Shown piece by piece: positions 1 to 8,139 of a DNA stretch of 32,000 nt. The position numbers were made by a program, and so were the translations under genes. Within the stretch, counting starts at the first letter, position 1; the number at the start of each line of letters is the position of its first letter. This DNA comes from Patescibacteria group bacterium. GTDB taxonomy: Bacteria; Patescibacteriota; Patescibacteriia; 2-01-FULL-39-33. The stretch covers positions 90,001 through 122,000 of the forward strand of contig JBAZMW010000002.1 of assembly GCA_041649575.1 (NCBI GenBank), in the 5' to 3' direction. Under the pieces are notes generated by a model, which did not search any database, had not been told where the DNA came from, and saw nothing but the letters and a program-made list of their open reading frames with translations.

Positions 1-96
1 CGGCGAGTTATACAATACTGGAGAATTATTAATAAGAAGAATTTCCTCATTTCGCAATCAATTAAAATTATAAACCATAAGCTATAAGCCATCCTT

Positions 97-351
97 ATGC
101 ACGATTTCCACTTAGCCGACATAATCTATAAAACAATTTTAGATTACGCCCAAAAAAATAATTTGAAAAAAATCACCAAAGCGGTGATTGATTTGGGACA
201 GATTATTGAGCATGGTGAGGAGGTGTTGGCGGAAAATTTGGATTTTAATATCAAAATGTTGGCCCAAGGTGGCCTGGCCGAAGGCTTAGAGCTGGTTATT
301 AACAAAACAGCCGGTGATAGCTGGGTGCTAAAGGAAATAGAAGGAGTATAA
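97..351 (+). CDS. Short HypA/HybF-like protein (84 aa, no zinc-finger region)
   Basis: MHD start and '...LDFNIKMLAQGGLAEGLELVI' resemble the N-terminal nickel-binding/core region of HypA. No CxxC motifs are present. Confidence 0.55.
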   Translation: MHDFHLADIIYKTILDYAQKNNLKKITKAVIDLGQIIEHGEEVLAENLDFNIKMLAQGGLAEGLELVINKTAGDSWVLKEIEGV

Positions 352-360
352 TTTATTTTT

Positions 361-1542
361 ATGAAAGTAAAATCAATCAGGCAATTAAAAAAATTTCAGG
401 GCAAAAAAGTTTTGCTAAGAGTTGATTTTAATGTTTCCTTGGGAGCCAATCATAGGGTTGATAAAGCGGAAGATTACCGGATTGTCAAAACCTTGCCGAC
501 CATAAAATTTTTGACCAGTCGCGGTGCCAGAGTGATCATTATGGCCCATTTGGGCCGACCACATGGCAAAATAGTGGAAAACTTGCGTTTAAAACCGGTA
601 GCCGAAAAATTGTCAGAACTATTGAAGAAAAAAGTTTTGTATAGCAAAACCGTTTTAGGCGCCGAAACCAAACAATTAATCAAACAGATGAAGGCTGGCG
701 ATGTTTTAATGCTGGAAAATTTGCGTTTTGACATTCGGGAAGAGCGGGGAGACAAAAATTTTGCTCGGCAGCTGGCGGAATTAGGCGATATCTACATCAA
801 TGAAGCTTTTGCCGACAATCACCGCCATCACGCTTCGACCGCCATCATTCAAGATTATTTGCCGGCTTACGCTGGCCTGCTGCTGGAGCAAGAAATTCTG
901 AATTTGACCAAAGTTCTAAAAAAACCCAAACAACCGCTGGTGGTGATAATCGGCGGTACCAAGATGGAAACAAAAATAAGAGTTATTAAAAATTTTTCTA
1001 AAGTTGCCAAGAAAATTCTTTTGGGCGGCGCTTTGGCCAATACGGTTTTGCACGTGATGGGCGTTAGCGTCGGCAGATCACCGGTGGAAAAATCAATGTT
1101 TTCCGAAGTCAAAAAATTTAAATTGACGGCCAATCAGATCGTGGTGCCTCTCGACGGCGTCATGGCCGCCAAAATCGACAGCCAAAAGGGCCGGATGGAC
1201 GCTTTGGCAGACGTCAGAGATAATGAATTGATTTTGGATGTCGGTCCTGATACCATAAAACTCTATGAAAAAATCATCAAATCCGCTAAAATGGTAATGT
1301 GGAACGGGCCAATGGGGCTGATAGAAAATCCGGTTTTTGCCAAAGGCACCCAGGCGCTGATAAAAATTTTGGCCAATTCTTGCGCCGAAACCATCGTCGG
1401 TGGCGGCGAGACCGTGCAAATGATTCGGCAAATGAAATTAGAAAACAAATTTAATTTTGTTTCTACCGGCGGGGGAGCGATGCTGGAGTTTTTGGAGGGA
1501 AAAAAATTACCTGGGCTAAAAAAGTTGATTAAGAATTTATAA
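361..1542 (+). CDS. pgk: Phosphoglycerate kinase
   Basis: Motifs KVLLRVDFNVSLG, RPxG, LENLRFDIREERGD, VVIIGGTKMETKI, MVMWNGPMGLIE, FVSTGGGAMLEFLEGKKLPG. Confidence 0.98.
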   Translation: MKVKSIRQLKKFQGKKVLLRVDFNVSLGANHRVDKAEDYRIVKTLPTIKFLTSRGARVIIMAHLGRPHGKIVENLRLKPVAEKLSELLKKKVLYSKTVLGAETKQLIKQMKAGDVLMLENLRFDIREERGDKNFARQLAELGDIYINEAFADNHRHHASTAIIQDYLPAYAGLLLEQEILNLTKVLKKPKQPLVVIIGGTKMETKIRVIKNFSKVAKKILLGGALANTVLHVMGVSVGRSPVEKSMFSEVKKFKLTANQIVVPLDGVMAAKIDSQKGRMDALADVRDNELILDVGPDTIKLYEKIIKSAKMVMWNGPMGLIENPVFAKGTQALIKILANSCAETIVGGGETVQMIRQMKLENKFNFVSTGGGAMLEFLEGKKLPGLKKLIKNL

Positions 1543-1545
1543 CTT

Positions 1546-1585
1546 TTTTGTCATTGCGAGCGGAGTGAAACGCAGCGAAGCAATC
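1546..1585 (+). repeat. Left inverted-repeat copy (TTTTGTCATTGCGAGCGGAGTGAAACGCAGCGAAGCAATC) flanking the GIY-YIG ORF
   Basis: Outer TTTTGTCATTGCGAGC and inner GCGAAGCAATCT match the reverse complement of 1895-1925. The middle differs in length. Confidence 0.85.
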
Positions 1586-1602
1586 TTTTAGATAAGACAG
1601 AT

Positions 1603-1893
1603 ATGGCCAAATATTATTACGTTTATGTTTTGACTAATGCCAACAATTATGTTTTATACACAGGAGTCACAAATAATTTGCAGAGAAGGTTATGGGAACA
1701 CAAAAGCGGTAAGGCGGACGGTTTTACTAAAAAATATAAGTGTAAAAAATTGGTTTATTATGAATATTCGGAGTCAATAGGCGCAGCCATAAATAGAGAA
1801 AAACAAATTAAGGCCGGCTCAAGAAAAAAGAAATTGGAATTGATAAACAATTTTAATCCGCAGTGGTTGGATTTGGGGCTGGAGATGTTTTAA
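1603..1893 (+). CDS. GIY-YIG domain endonuclease (UPF0213-like, 96 aa)
   Basis: YYVYVLTNANNYVLYTGVTNNLQRRLWEHKSG...NREKQIKAGSRKKKLELI is the typical small GIY-YIG protein pattern. Confidence 0.93.
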   Translation: MAKYYYVYVLTNANNYVLYTGVTNNLQRRLWEHKSGKADGFTKKYKCKKLVYYEYSESIGAAINREKQIKAGSRKKKLELINNFNPQWLDLGLEMF

Positions 1894-1894
1894 G

Positions 1895-1925
1895 AGATTG
1901 CTTCGCTTTGCTCGCAATGACAAAA
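1895..1925 (-). repeat. Right inverted-repeat copy (AGATTGCTTCGCTTTGCTCGCAATGACAAAA)
   Basis: Reverse complement TTTTGTCATTGCGAGCAAAGCGAAGCAATCT matches the left copy at both ends. It starts 1 nt after the ORF stop codon. Confidence 0.85.
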
Positions 1926-1985
1926 TAAAACAGCCTACAATCAATGAATTAACTAAGAAAAATTAATAAATAACCAGAAATTTTT

Positions 1986-2774
1986 ATGGACGAACAAAAA
2001 CTAGACTGCTGCCATAGCAGTAAATGCCATTGTGCCAAGTACGTAATTCTTGGCATCTTGGCCTTGGCCCTGATTGTTTACGTGGGCGTTTTAACCAGGA
2101 ACGCCTGGCGGACTTACGATTATATCGGTAAGTCGCCCGATATTCAGGATAGGATTACTGTCACCGGTACCGCCAAAGTCAGCGCCACGCCGGATGTGGC
2201 TGTGCTATACTTGGGAATTGTCAGCGAAGGCGCTACGGTTAATGCGGCGCAAAAAGGCGTCACCGAAAAAATGAATTCCATCATCGATTCTTTGAAAAAA
2301 GAATTTAAGATTGAGGCCAAGGATATTCAGACTCAAAATTTTAGTGTTAATCCCAAGTACGACTGGAGCGACGGCAAGCAAAGAATTATCGGTTACAGCG
2401 CCAATCAAAGTGTTCAGGTAAAAGTCAGAGACTTTGACAAGACCGGTGATATTTTGGCCAAAGCGACCGATTTGGGCGCTAACACCGTTTCTGGTCCGAA
2501 TTTTATAATCGACGATCCGGAAAAGGCCAAGGCCGAGGCCAGGGATAAAGCCATTGCCCAGGCCAAGGAAAAAGCCAGTTTGCTTGCCGATCAGGTTGGC
2601 ATTAAGCTGGGCAGAATTGTTAATTTTTATGAAGGCGGCAATGAAATGCCTAATGCAGTTTACAGCCGTGATATGGCCATCGGTCTGGGTGAGACAAAGT
2701 CCGTTGCCCCGGTCATTGAACCAGGCAGCCAGGACGTGCAACTCACCGTCAGTATTAGTTATGAAATAAGATAA
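1986..2774 (+). CDS. SIMPL-domain (DUF541) membrane-anchored protein
   Basis: N-terminal TM segment, then ITVTGTAKVSATPDVAVLYLGI...VNPKYDW...IIGYSANQSVQVKVRD and VSISYEI, typical of the SIMPL domain. Confidence 0.9.
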   Translation: MDEQKLDCCHSSKCHCAKYVILGILALALIVYVGVLTRNAWRTYDYIGKSPDIQDRITVTGTAKVSATPDVAVLYLGIVSEGATVNAAQKGVTEKMNSIIDSLKKEFKIEAKDIQTQNFSVNPKYDWSDGKQRIIGYSANQSVQVKVRDFDKTGDILAKATDLGANTVSGPNFIIDDPEKAKAEARDKAIAQAKEKASLLADQVGIKLGRIVNFYEGGNEMPNAVYSRDMAIGLGETKSVAPVIEPGSQDVQLTVSISYEIR

Positions 2775-2781
2775 CTTGTCA

Positions 2782-2808
2782 CTTTTCTTTCTCTAGGAGA
2801 AAGAAAAG
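2782..2808. repeat. Perfect 12-bp inverted repeat (CTTTTCTTTCTC-TAG-GAGAAAGAAAAG)
   Basis: Direct reading. Lies just downstream of the SIMPL gene. Confidence 0.85.
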
Positions 2809-2823
2809 CTGATGCAAAAGAAA

Positions 2824-2881
2824 CCCGCCCGTGCCGAACGCCAGCCCGACAGATCATTCTGGCGGGGTACGTTCGGGCGGG
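2824..2881. repeat. GC-rich imperfect inverted repeat (CCCGCCCG...CGAACGCCAG...CTGGCG...CGTTCGGGCGGG)
   Basis: Nested complementary arms CCCGCCCG/CGGGCGGG and CGAACG/CGTTCG, CGCCAG/CTGGCG. Confidence 0.7.
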
Positions 2882-2886
2882 GAGTC

Positions 2887-2912
2887 GCGAGCTAAATTTT
2901 CATTTAGCTCGC
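2887..2912. repeat. Perfect 10-bp inverted repeat GCGAGCTAAA-TTTTCA-TTTAGCTCGC
   Basis: Direct reading. Lies upstream of eno, followed by an A-rich tract. Confidence 0.85.
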
Positions 2913-2954
2913 AGGAAAAAAAATCAAAATCAAAAAAAATACTAAAACTTAATT

Positions 2955-4244
2955 ATGGCAAAAATCAAGTCAATTGCAGTGCGCGAAATTTTGGCTTCTG
3001 GCGGGGCGCCGAGTTTGGAAGCAAAAGTAATTTTAGAATCAGGGGCGACAGGAGTAGCCTCGGTCTCCTATGGAGCATCGGCCGGCAGTAAGGAAGCTTT
3101 TGTGATGCTTGACGGCGACAAAAATCGTTATAACGGCAAAGGCATGCTTAAGGCCAAAGAAAAAATCGATTTGATAATTGCTCCGGCTTTGATCGGCAAG
3201 GAGGCCAATGACCAAAGGGAGATCGACGAGCTGATGCTGCAACTGGATGGAACAATAAACAAAGCCAATTTGGGCGGCAATTCTATTTTGGCGGTTTCGC
3301 TGGCGGTGGCCAGAGCCGCTGCCGCTGATAATGATTTACCGTTATATAAATATCTAAGAAAAGTTTTCGCTATCAGTCCAGCTTCTTTGACAAGCAACAG
3401 TTCGGAGTATTGGAAAATGCCCAAGCCGATGGTGGTAATGATCGAGGGCGGCAAACACGCCGATGAAACCACCGACTTGCAAGAGTATTTAATTTCTTCC
3501 CTAGGCAACAGGAGCGCGGCAGAAAACGTGAGAATACAGATGGAGATTTATGAGGCCCTGAAAAAGATTCTAAAAAGAGAAGGATTGTCCACTAATGTCG
3601 GCAATGAGGGAGCTTTTGCGCCGGGCGGTATTGTTGGTAATGAAAAACCGATGGAATATTTTGTCGAGGCCATAAAAAATGCTGGTTATACGCCCGGTGT
3701 TGATGCTGGTATTTCCATTGATGCCGCGGCCAGCGAGCTCTACAGCGAAGAAACAAAAAAGTATACCTTGGCGCTGGAGAAAAAAGAAATGACCTCGGAA
3801 GAATTAGTCGCTTATTATTTATCTTGGATAGATAAATACCCTTTCGTGTCCTGGGAAGACATGCTCTCGGAGTTTGACTGGGAACATTGGCCAAAACTGG
3901 TGGAGGCGGTAAACAGTAAAATAATAATTATCGCCGACGATTTGACAGTGACCAATCTCAAGTTGTGGCAAAAAGCCATTGATGAAAAAGCAGCCACCGG
4001 GATTTTAATTAAGCTAAATCAGGCCGGTTCGGTGACCGAGACGGTGGATTGCTGTGTTTTGGCTCAAAAGCATGGTTTTTGGAAAGTGCCCTCTCATCGT
4101 GGCGGCGGAGAAACCAACGATACCTTTATGGTTGATTTGGCCGTAGCGGTTGGTGGTGAGTATATTAAAGTAGGCCCCACCAGAGGAGAAAGGGTTTGTA
4201 AATATAATCGGCTGATGGAGATAGAGGAGGAGATTAACGGCTAG
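2955..4244 (+). CDS. eno: Enolase (divergent)
   Basis: YGASAGSKEA, EGGKHADETTDLQEY, NVGNEGAFAP, SIDAAASE, ADDLTVTN, IKLNQAGS, SHRGGGETNDTFMVDLAVAVGG, KYNRLMEIEEEI. Confidence 0.93.
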   Translation: MAKIKSIAVREILASGGAPSLEAKVILESGATGVASVSYGASAGSKEAFVMLDGDKNRYNGKGMLKAKEKIDLIIAPALIGKEANDQREIDELMLQLDGTINKANLGGNSILAVSLAVARAAAADNDLPLYKYLRKVFAISPASLTSNSSEYWKMPKPMVVMIEGGKHADETTDLQEYLISSLGNRSAAENVRIQMEIYEALKKILKREGLSTNVGNEGAFAPGGIVGNEKPMEYFVEAIKNAGYTPGVDAGISIDAAASELYSEETKKYTLALEKKEMTSEELVAYYLSWIDKYPFVSWEDMLSEFDWEHWPKLVEAVNSKIIIIADDLTVTNLKLWQKAIDEKAATGILIKLNQAGSVTETVDCCVLAQKHGFWKVPSHRGGGETNDTFMVDLAVAVGGEYIKVGPTRGERVCKYNRLMEIEEEING

Positions 4245-4293
4245 TATTAAAATATTTTTGCCTCAGTGGGTTAAGAGTTTTTTAAAAAAGAAA

Positions 4294-4328
4294 ACTGCCT
4301 CATCCTGCGCGTGCGTAGGTGAGGCAGT
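4294..4328 (-). terminator. Intrinsic terminator of the minus-strand orphan gene
   Basis: On the minus strand, ACTGCCTCA..CCT.CGC / GCG.AGG..TGAGGCAGT stem followed directly by TTTTCTTTTTT. Confidence 0.85.
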
Positions 4329-4348
4329 CGTGAAGAACGGGTCGGCCA

Positions 4349-4789
4349 CTACTTTACGAAGTTGAAGTGGCCATAGCGCATGCCGCTGTGAAGCCACCCG
4401 ACGATTGCTTCGCCCTTGTACTCGCCGTCAAGGACATGGGCCGTGAATAGCCAGGAGGCTTCCCTACGCTCTCCCAAAAAGTCCAACAGGAGACCGGTGA
4501 TGCGAATCGTTACTGTTTTCAGGTTGAATTCGTCGCTGGTCGCCGTACGGATTTGCTCGTCGGTAGCGCTCAGGTTGGTCGTGGCATACTGCAGGAGGCA
4601 GTAAATCATCTGTCTACCATTGTATATCCTGAGCGAGTCTATTAGCGTCGCCTGGCCCGGACAGCTTGTCACGTGGTTTTCGAAGTGCTCCCGCTTTCTG
4701 TACTTTGAGTCGGTAAGCAGCTTTGTTAGGGCCAGCCGGACAGCCTCGTCAAGCTCCACAAAGCAGCCATTTCGTTCATTTGTTGCCAT
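4349..4789 (-). CDS. Hypothetical protein (146 aa, orphan, relatively GC-rich)
   Basis: The ORF is open to 4828, but the internal ATG at 4789 is preceded by GGAGGTGCCTT (strong SD). Its promoter and terminator both face the same way. Confidence 0.75.
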   Translation of the reverse strand: MATNERNGCFVELDEAVRLALTKLLTDSKYRKREHFENHVTSCPGQATLIDSLRIYNGRQMIYCLLQYATTNLSATDEQIRTATSDEFNLKTVTIRITGLLLDFLGERREASWLFTAHVLDGEYKGEAIVGWLHSGMRYGHFNFVK

Positions 4790-4900
4790 AAGGCACCTCC
4801 ATTTCTTGCTAACGTACACCAGTCTCACTCACAGAGGCGGAGACTTGCCTCCATATTCCGCTAGGCGGAACGACCCATCCATAAGAATGGGAATTAATAT

Positions 4901-4929
4901 ATTTTACTAAATAGAATAGTTTTTGTCAA
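4901..4929 (-). promoter_or_regulatory. Sigma70-like promoter for the orphan gene (TTGACA-N17-TAAAAT)
   Basis: Minus strand: TTGACA (4929-4924), 17-nt spacer, TAAAAT (4906-4901). Confidence 0.75.
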
Positions 4930-4930
4930 G

Positions 4931-6499
4931 ATGGCAGTTAATAAACCAAAACAATCTAAAAAAGTGATTTTATTAATTTTAGACGGCTGGGGGATTGGCA
5001 AAAATGACGCCTCCAATCCGATTTTTTTGGTCCGGCCGAAATTCATCAATTCGCTTTATAAGAAATACCCTCACACCCAGATTTGCGCCTCTGGCCGTTG
5101 TGCCGGGCTGCCGCCGGATCAAGTAGGTAATTCCGAGGCTGGGCACATGAACTTGGGTGCCGGACGAGTGGTCGACCAGGATGCTGTCAAAATTTCCAAA
5201 CAAATAAATACCGGTGAATTTTTCAAAAACCCGGCTTTTTTGGCGGCGTTTAGCCACGTCAGAAAAAATAATTCCGCCCTGCACTTGATAGGCATGCTTT
5301 CTAACGGGCAGAGTCCGCACAGCGATCCCGATCATCTTTTGGCCCTGTTGACCATGACGCGGAAATATAAGGTCAAAAGGATTTATCTGCATTTATTCAC
5401 CGACGGACGCGATAGCCCGCAACATTCCAGTCTGAAGTCAATAATGGCCTTGGAGCGATCTTTGAAACCTAATGAAATAATCGCCACTGTCATTGGCCGT
5501 TTTTATGCCATGGACCGCAAAAAATCATGGGACCGCACGGTGCGCTCTTATAACGCCATGACCGCCGATCACAGCGAACATCGCGCCAATAGCCCGCAGG
5601 CCGGAATCATGCGCGCCTATAACGCCAACATTACCGATGAGTTCATAGAGCCGATTGTTATTTATCGAAAAGGAAAAATAATCAGAAGAATAAGTGACGA
5701 TGACGCGATTATTTTTTTTAATTTGCGCAGCGACCGCGCCCGTCAGCTGGCCAAGCCTTTTGTCCAGCATGATTTCGAAGCAGCCAATCCCGGCTCGGAA
5801 AAATTTCCCCGCAAAGAAATCCTAAAAAATATAGTTTTTGTCGCCATGACCGATTTTGGCCCCGATTTAGATAATATCTTGACCGCCTACCCCTCCGAAG
5901 ATTTAAAAAATACTTTGCCTTTTGTTTTAAAAAACAAGAAGCAGGTTTATATTGCCGAGAGCGAGAAATACGCCCACGTCACTTTCTTTTTTAATGGCGG
6001 TTATGCCGATCCGGTTGCCGGGGAAAAAAGGATAAACGTTCCTTCGCCCCGAGTCAGGTCTTATGATGCGGCTCCGGCGATGTCGACCGCGGCCATTACC
6101 AAAAAAGTTATCTCCAGCCTCAAGAGTTACGATTTTATTTGCGCCAATTTTGCGTGTCCGGATATGATTGGCCATACCGGCAATCTGCTGGCGGCCAAGC
6201 AAACAGTCAAAGCGGTTGACGGCTATCTAAAAAAGGTGGTTTCCGCTTGCCTGAAACAGCAGGCAACCTTGATCATTACAGCCGATCATGGTAATATAGA
6301 GTACATGCGCAATCTTGATACCGACGAAGTTGTTACCGAGCATACCACCAATCCGGTGCCCTTTATTGTTATCAATAAAAATTTTAACAGAAACAGTCAT
6401 TTGAAAAAGGGCGGATTTTTGGGTAATGTGGCGCCTACGATTCTAAAATTACTTGGCATCAAAAAGCCAAAAGAAATGACCAAAGACAGCCTGATTTAA
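4931..6499 (+). CDS. gpmI: 2,3-bisphosphoglycerate-independent phosphoglycerate mutase, paralog 1
   Basis: LLILDGWGIG, VGNSEAGHMNLGAGRVV, LFTDGRDSP, GRFYAMDR, EKYAHVTFFFNGG, ADHGNIE. Confidence 0.95.
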   Translation: MAVNKPKQSKKVILLILDGWGIGKNDASNPIFLVRPKFINSLYKKYPHTQICASGRCAGLPPDQVGNSEAGHMNLGAGRVVDQDAVKISKQINTGEFFKNPAFLAAFSHVRKNNSALHLIGMLSNGQSPHSDPDHLLALLTMTRKYKVKRIYLHLFTDGRDSPQHSSLKSIMALERSLKPNEIIATVIGRFYAMDRKKSWDRTVRSYNAMTADHSEHRANSPQAGIMRAYNANITDEFIEPIVIYRKGKIIRRISDDDAIIFFNLRSDRARQLAKPFVQHDFEAANPGSEKFPRKEILKNIVFVAMTDFGPDLDNILTAYPSEDLKNTLPFVLKNKKQVYIAESEKYAHVTFFFNGGYADPVAGEKRINVPSPRVRSYDAAPAMSTAAITKKVISSLKSYDFICANFACPDMIGHTGNLLAAKQTVKAVDGYLKKVVSACLKQQATLIITADHGNIEYMRNLDTDEVVTEHTTNPVPFIVINKNFNRNSHLKKGGFLGNVAPTILKLLGIKKPKEMTKDSLI

Positions 6500-6511
6500 A
6501 ATTTATTTTTT

Positions 6512-8107
6512 ATGTCTGACATAAATAACAATACTCGCCCCAAGCCGGTGGTTTTGATAATTCTCGACGGTTGGGGAGTGGCGCCGGCCTCGCGAGCCAA
6601 TGCCATTTCTCTGGCCAAAACGCCAGCCATTAACAATCTAATCAAGACTTATCCGGCCATGACGCTTCAGGCTTCTGGCGAGGCAGTGGGCTTGTCGTGG
6701 GGAGAAATAGGAAATTCCGAGGTTGGCCATCTTAATCTCGGTTCCGGGAAATTAATTTATCAAAATTTGCCGCGAATCAACAAGGCTATTACCGATGGCT
6801 CCTTTTTCAAAAATGACAAATTTTTGGCAGCAGTAAAATCCGCCAAAGACAAAGGCGCCGCTCTTCATTTGATGGGCTTGGCTTCTTCCGGCGGCGTCCA
6901 TAGCTCCATCGACCATCTGTTTGCTTTAATGGAACTTTGTGCCAAGGAAAAACTCAAAGAGGTTTTTATTCATGTTTTTCTGGATGGTCGCGACATGCCT
7001 TACAATTCCGGCATTGATTTTATTAATAAGATTCAACAGAAAATCGCCGAGTATAAAATTGGCCAGATTGCTTCTATTTCCGGCCGTTTTTATGCCATGG
7101 ATCGCGATAATCACTGGGAGCGCATAATTTTGGCCTATAACGCCATGGTGAAGGGAGAGGCGGAAAATAAATTTACTGATCCGCTAAAGGCCGTTCAATC
7201 ATCTTATGACAAAAAAATTTATGATGAAGAGTTTGTCCCGACGGTTATCATCAAGAATAATTCTCCGGTGGGCACCATTAAGGCCGGTGATTCAGTAATT
7301 TTTTTCAATTTTAGAAGCGACCGCGCTCGAGAAATCACCAAAGCTTTTGTTCTGCCAGGTTTTGAGAAGTTTCCTCGCCAGTATCTCAAAGATTTGTATT
7401 TTGTATCTATGACCGAGTATGAAAAAGAGTTGCCGGTAGAAGTCGCTTTCCCACCGGAAAATATCACCGAGCCGCTAGCCAAAGTGATTGCCGCCGCCGG
7501 TCTGAAACAGCTTCATATTGCCGAAACCGAAAAATACGCCCACGTCACTTTCTTTTTTAATGGCGGCCTGGAGGAGCAATTTACCGGCGAAGAACGCATC
7601 TTGGTCCCTTCGCCGCGCGTGGCTTCTTATGCTCAGAAGCCAGAGATGTCTGCCAAGGAGGTGACCAAAAAAATAGTTAAGGAAATCATGGATGATAAAT
7701 ACGATTTTATAGTGATTAATTTTGCCAACGGCGATATGGTTAGCCACACCGGTGACCTGAAGGCCACCATTAAAGCCTGCGAGGTGATTGATGGTTGTGT
7801 TAAGCAAATAGTCGAAGTAGTTTTAGCCAAAAATGGAGCGGCTTTTATTACAGCCGACCATGGCAATGCCGAGGAGCTGGTTAATTTGCAATCGGGCGAA
7901 ATCGACAAAGAGCACAGCACTTATCCGGTGCCTTTTATTATTATCGGCAAGCAGTGGGAAGGCAAAACTGCCGGTTTGTCCGAGGTGCCTAATTCCGATT
8001 TAAGCTTGGTTCAGCCGTCGGGCATCCTTTCCGATGTCGCTCCGACGATTCTTAAGGTGATGAATTTGGAGAAACCAGAGGCAATGACCGGTCGCAGCCT
8101 GCTTTAA
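6512..8107 (+). CDS. gpmI: 2,3-bisphosphoglycerate-independent phosphoglycerate mutase, paralog 2
   Basis: LIILDGWGVAP, IGNSEVGHLNLGSGKLIYQNLPRI, VFLDGRDMP, GRFYAMDR, EKYAHVTFFFNGGLEEQFTGEERILVPSP, ADHGNAE. Confidence 0.97.
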   Translation: MSDINNNTRPKPVVLIILDGWGVAPASRANAISLAKTPAINNLIKTYPAMTLQASGEAVGLSWGEIGNSEVGHLNLGSGKLIYQNLPRINKAITDGSFFKNDKFLAAVKSAKDKGAALHLMGLASSGGVHSSIDHLFALMELCAKEKLKEVFIHVFLDGRDMPYNSGIDFINKIQQKIAEYKIGQIASISGRFYAMDRDNHWERIILAYNAMVKGEAENKFTDPLKAVQSSYDKKIYDEEFVPTVIIKNNSPVGTIKAGDSVIFFNFRSDRAREITKAFVLPGFEKFPRQYLKDLYFVSMTEYEKELPVEVAFPPENITEPLAKVIAAAGLKQLHIAETEKYAHVTFFFNGGLEEQFTGEERILVPSPRVASYAQKPEMSAKEVTKKIVKEIMDDKYDFIVINFANGDMVSHTGDLKATIKACEVIDGCVKQIVEVVLAKNGAAFITADHGNAEELVNLQSGEIDKEHSTYPVPFIIIGKQWEGKTAGLSEVPNSDLSLVQPSGILSDVAPTILKVMNLEKPEAMTGRSLL

Positions 8108-8139
8108 TCAATAACGCGCCAGTTCCAGTTCCCGCTATC

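Noticed and set aside
2831-3091. ORF of 86 aa overlapping the start of eno
   Set aside because: Composed of hairpin DNA and an out-of-frame piece of eno, with low-complexity S/K-rich translation.
4790-4828. N-terminal extension of the orphan minus-strand ORF (MRLVYVSKKWRCL)
   Set aside because: It covers the strong SD GGAGGTG, which points to the ATG at 4789 as the real start.
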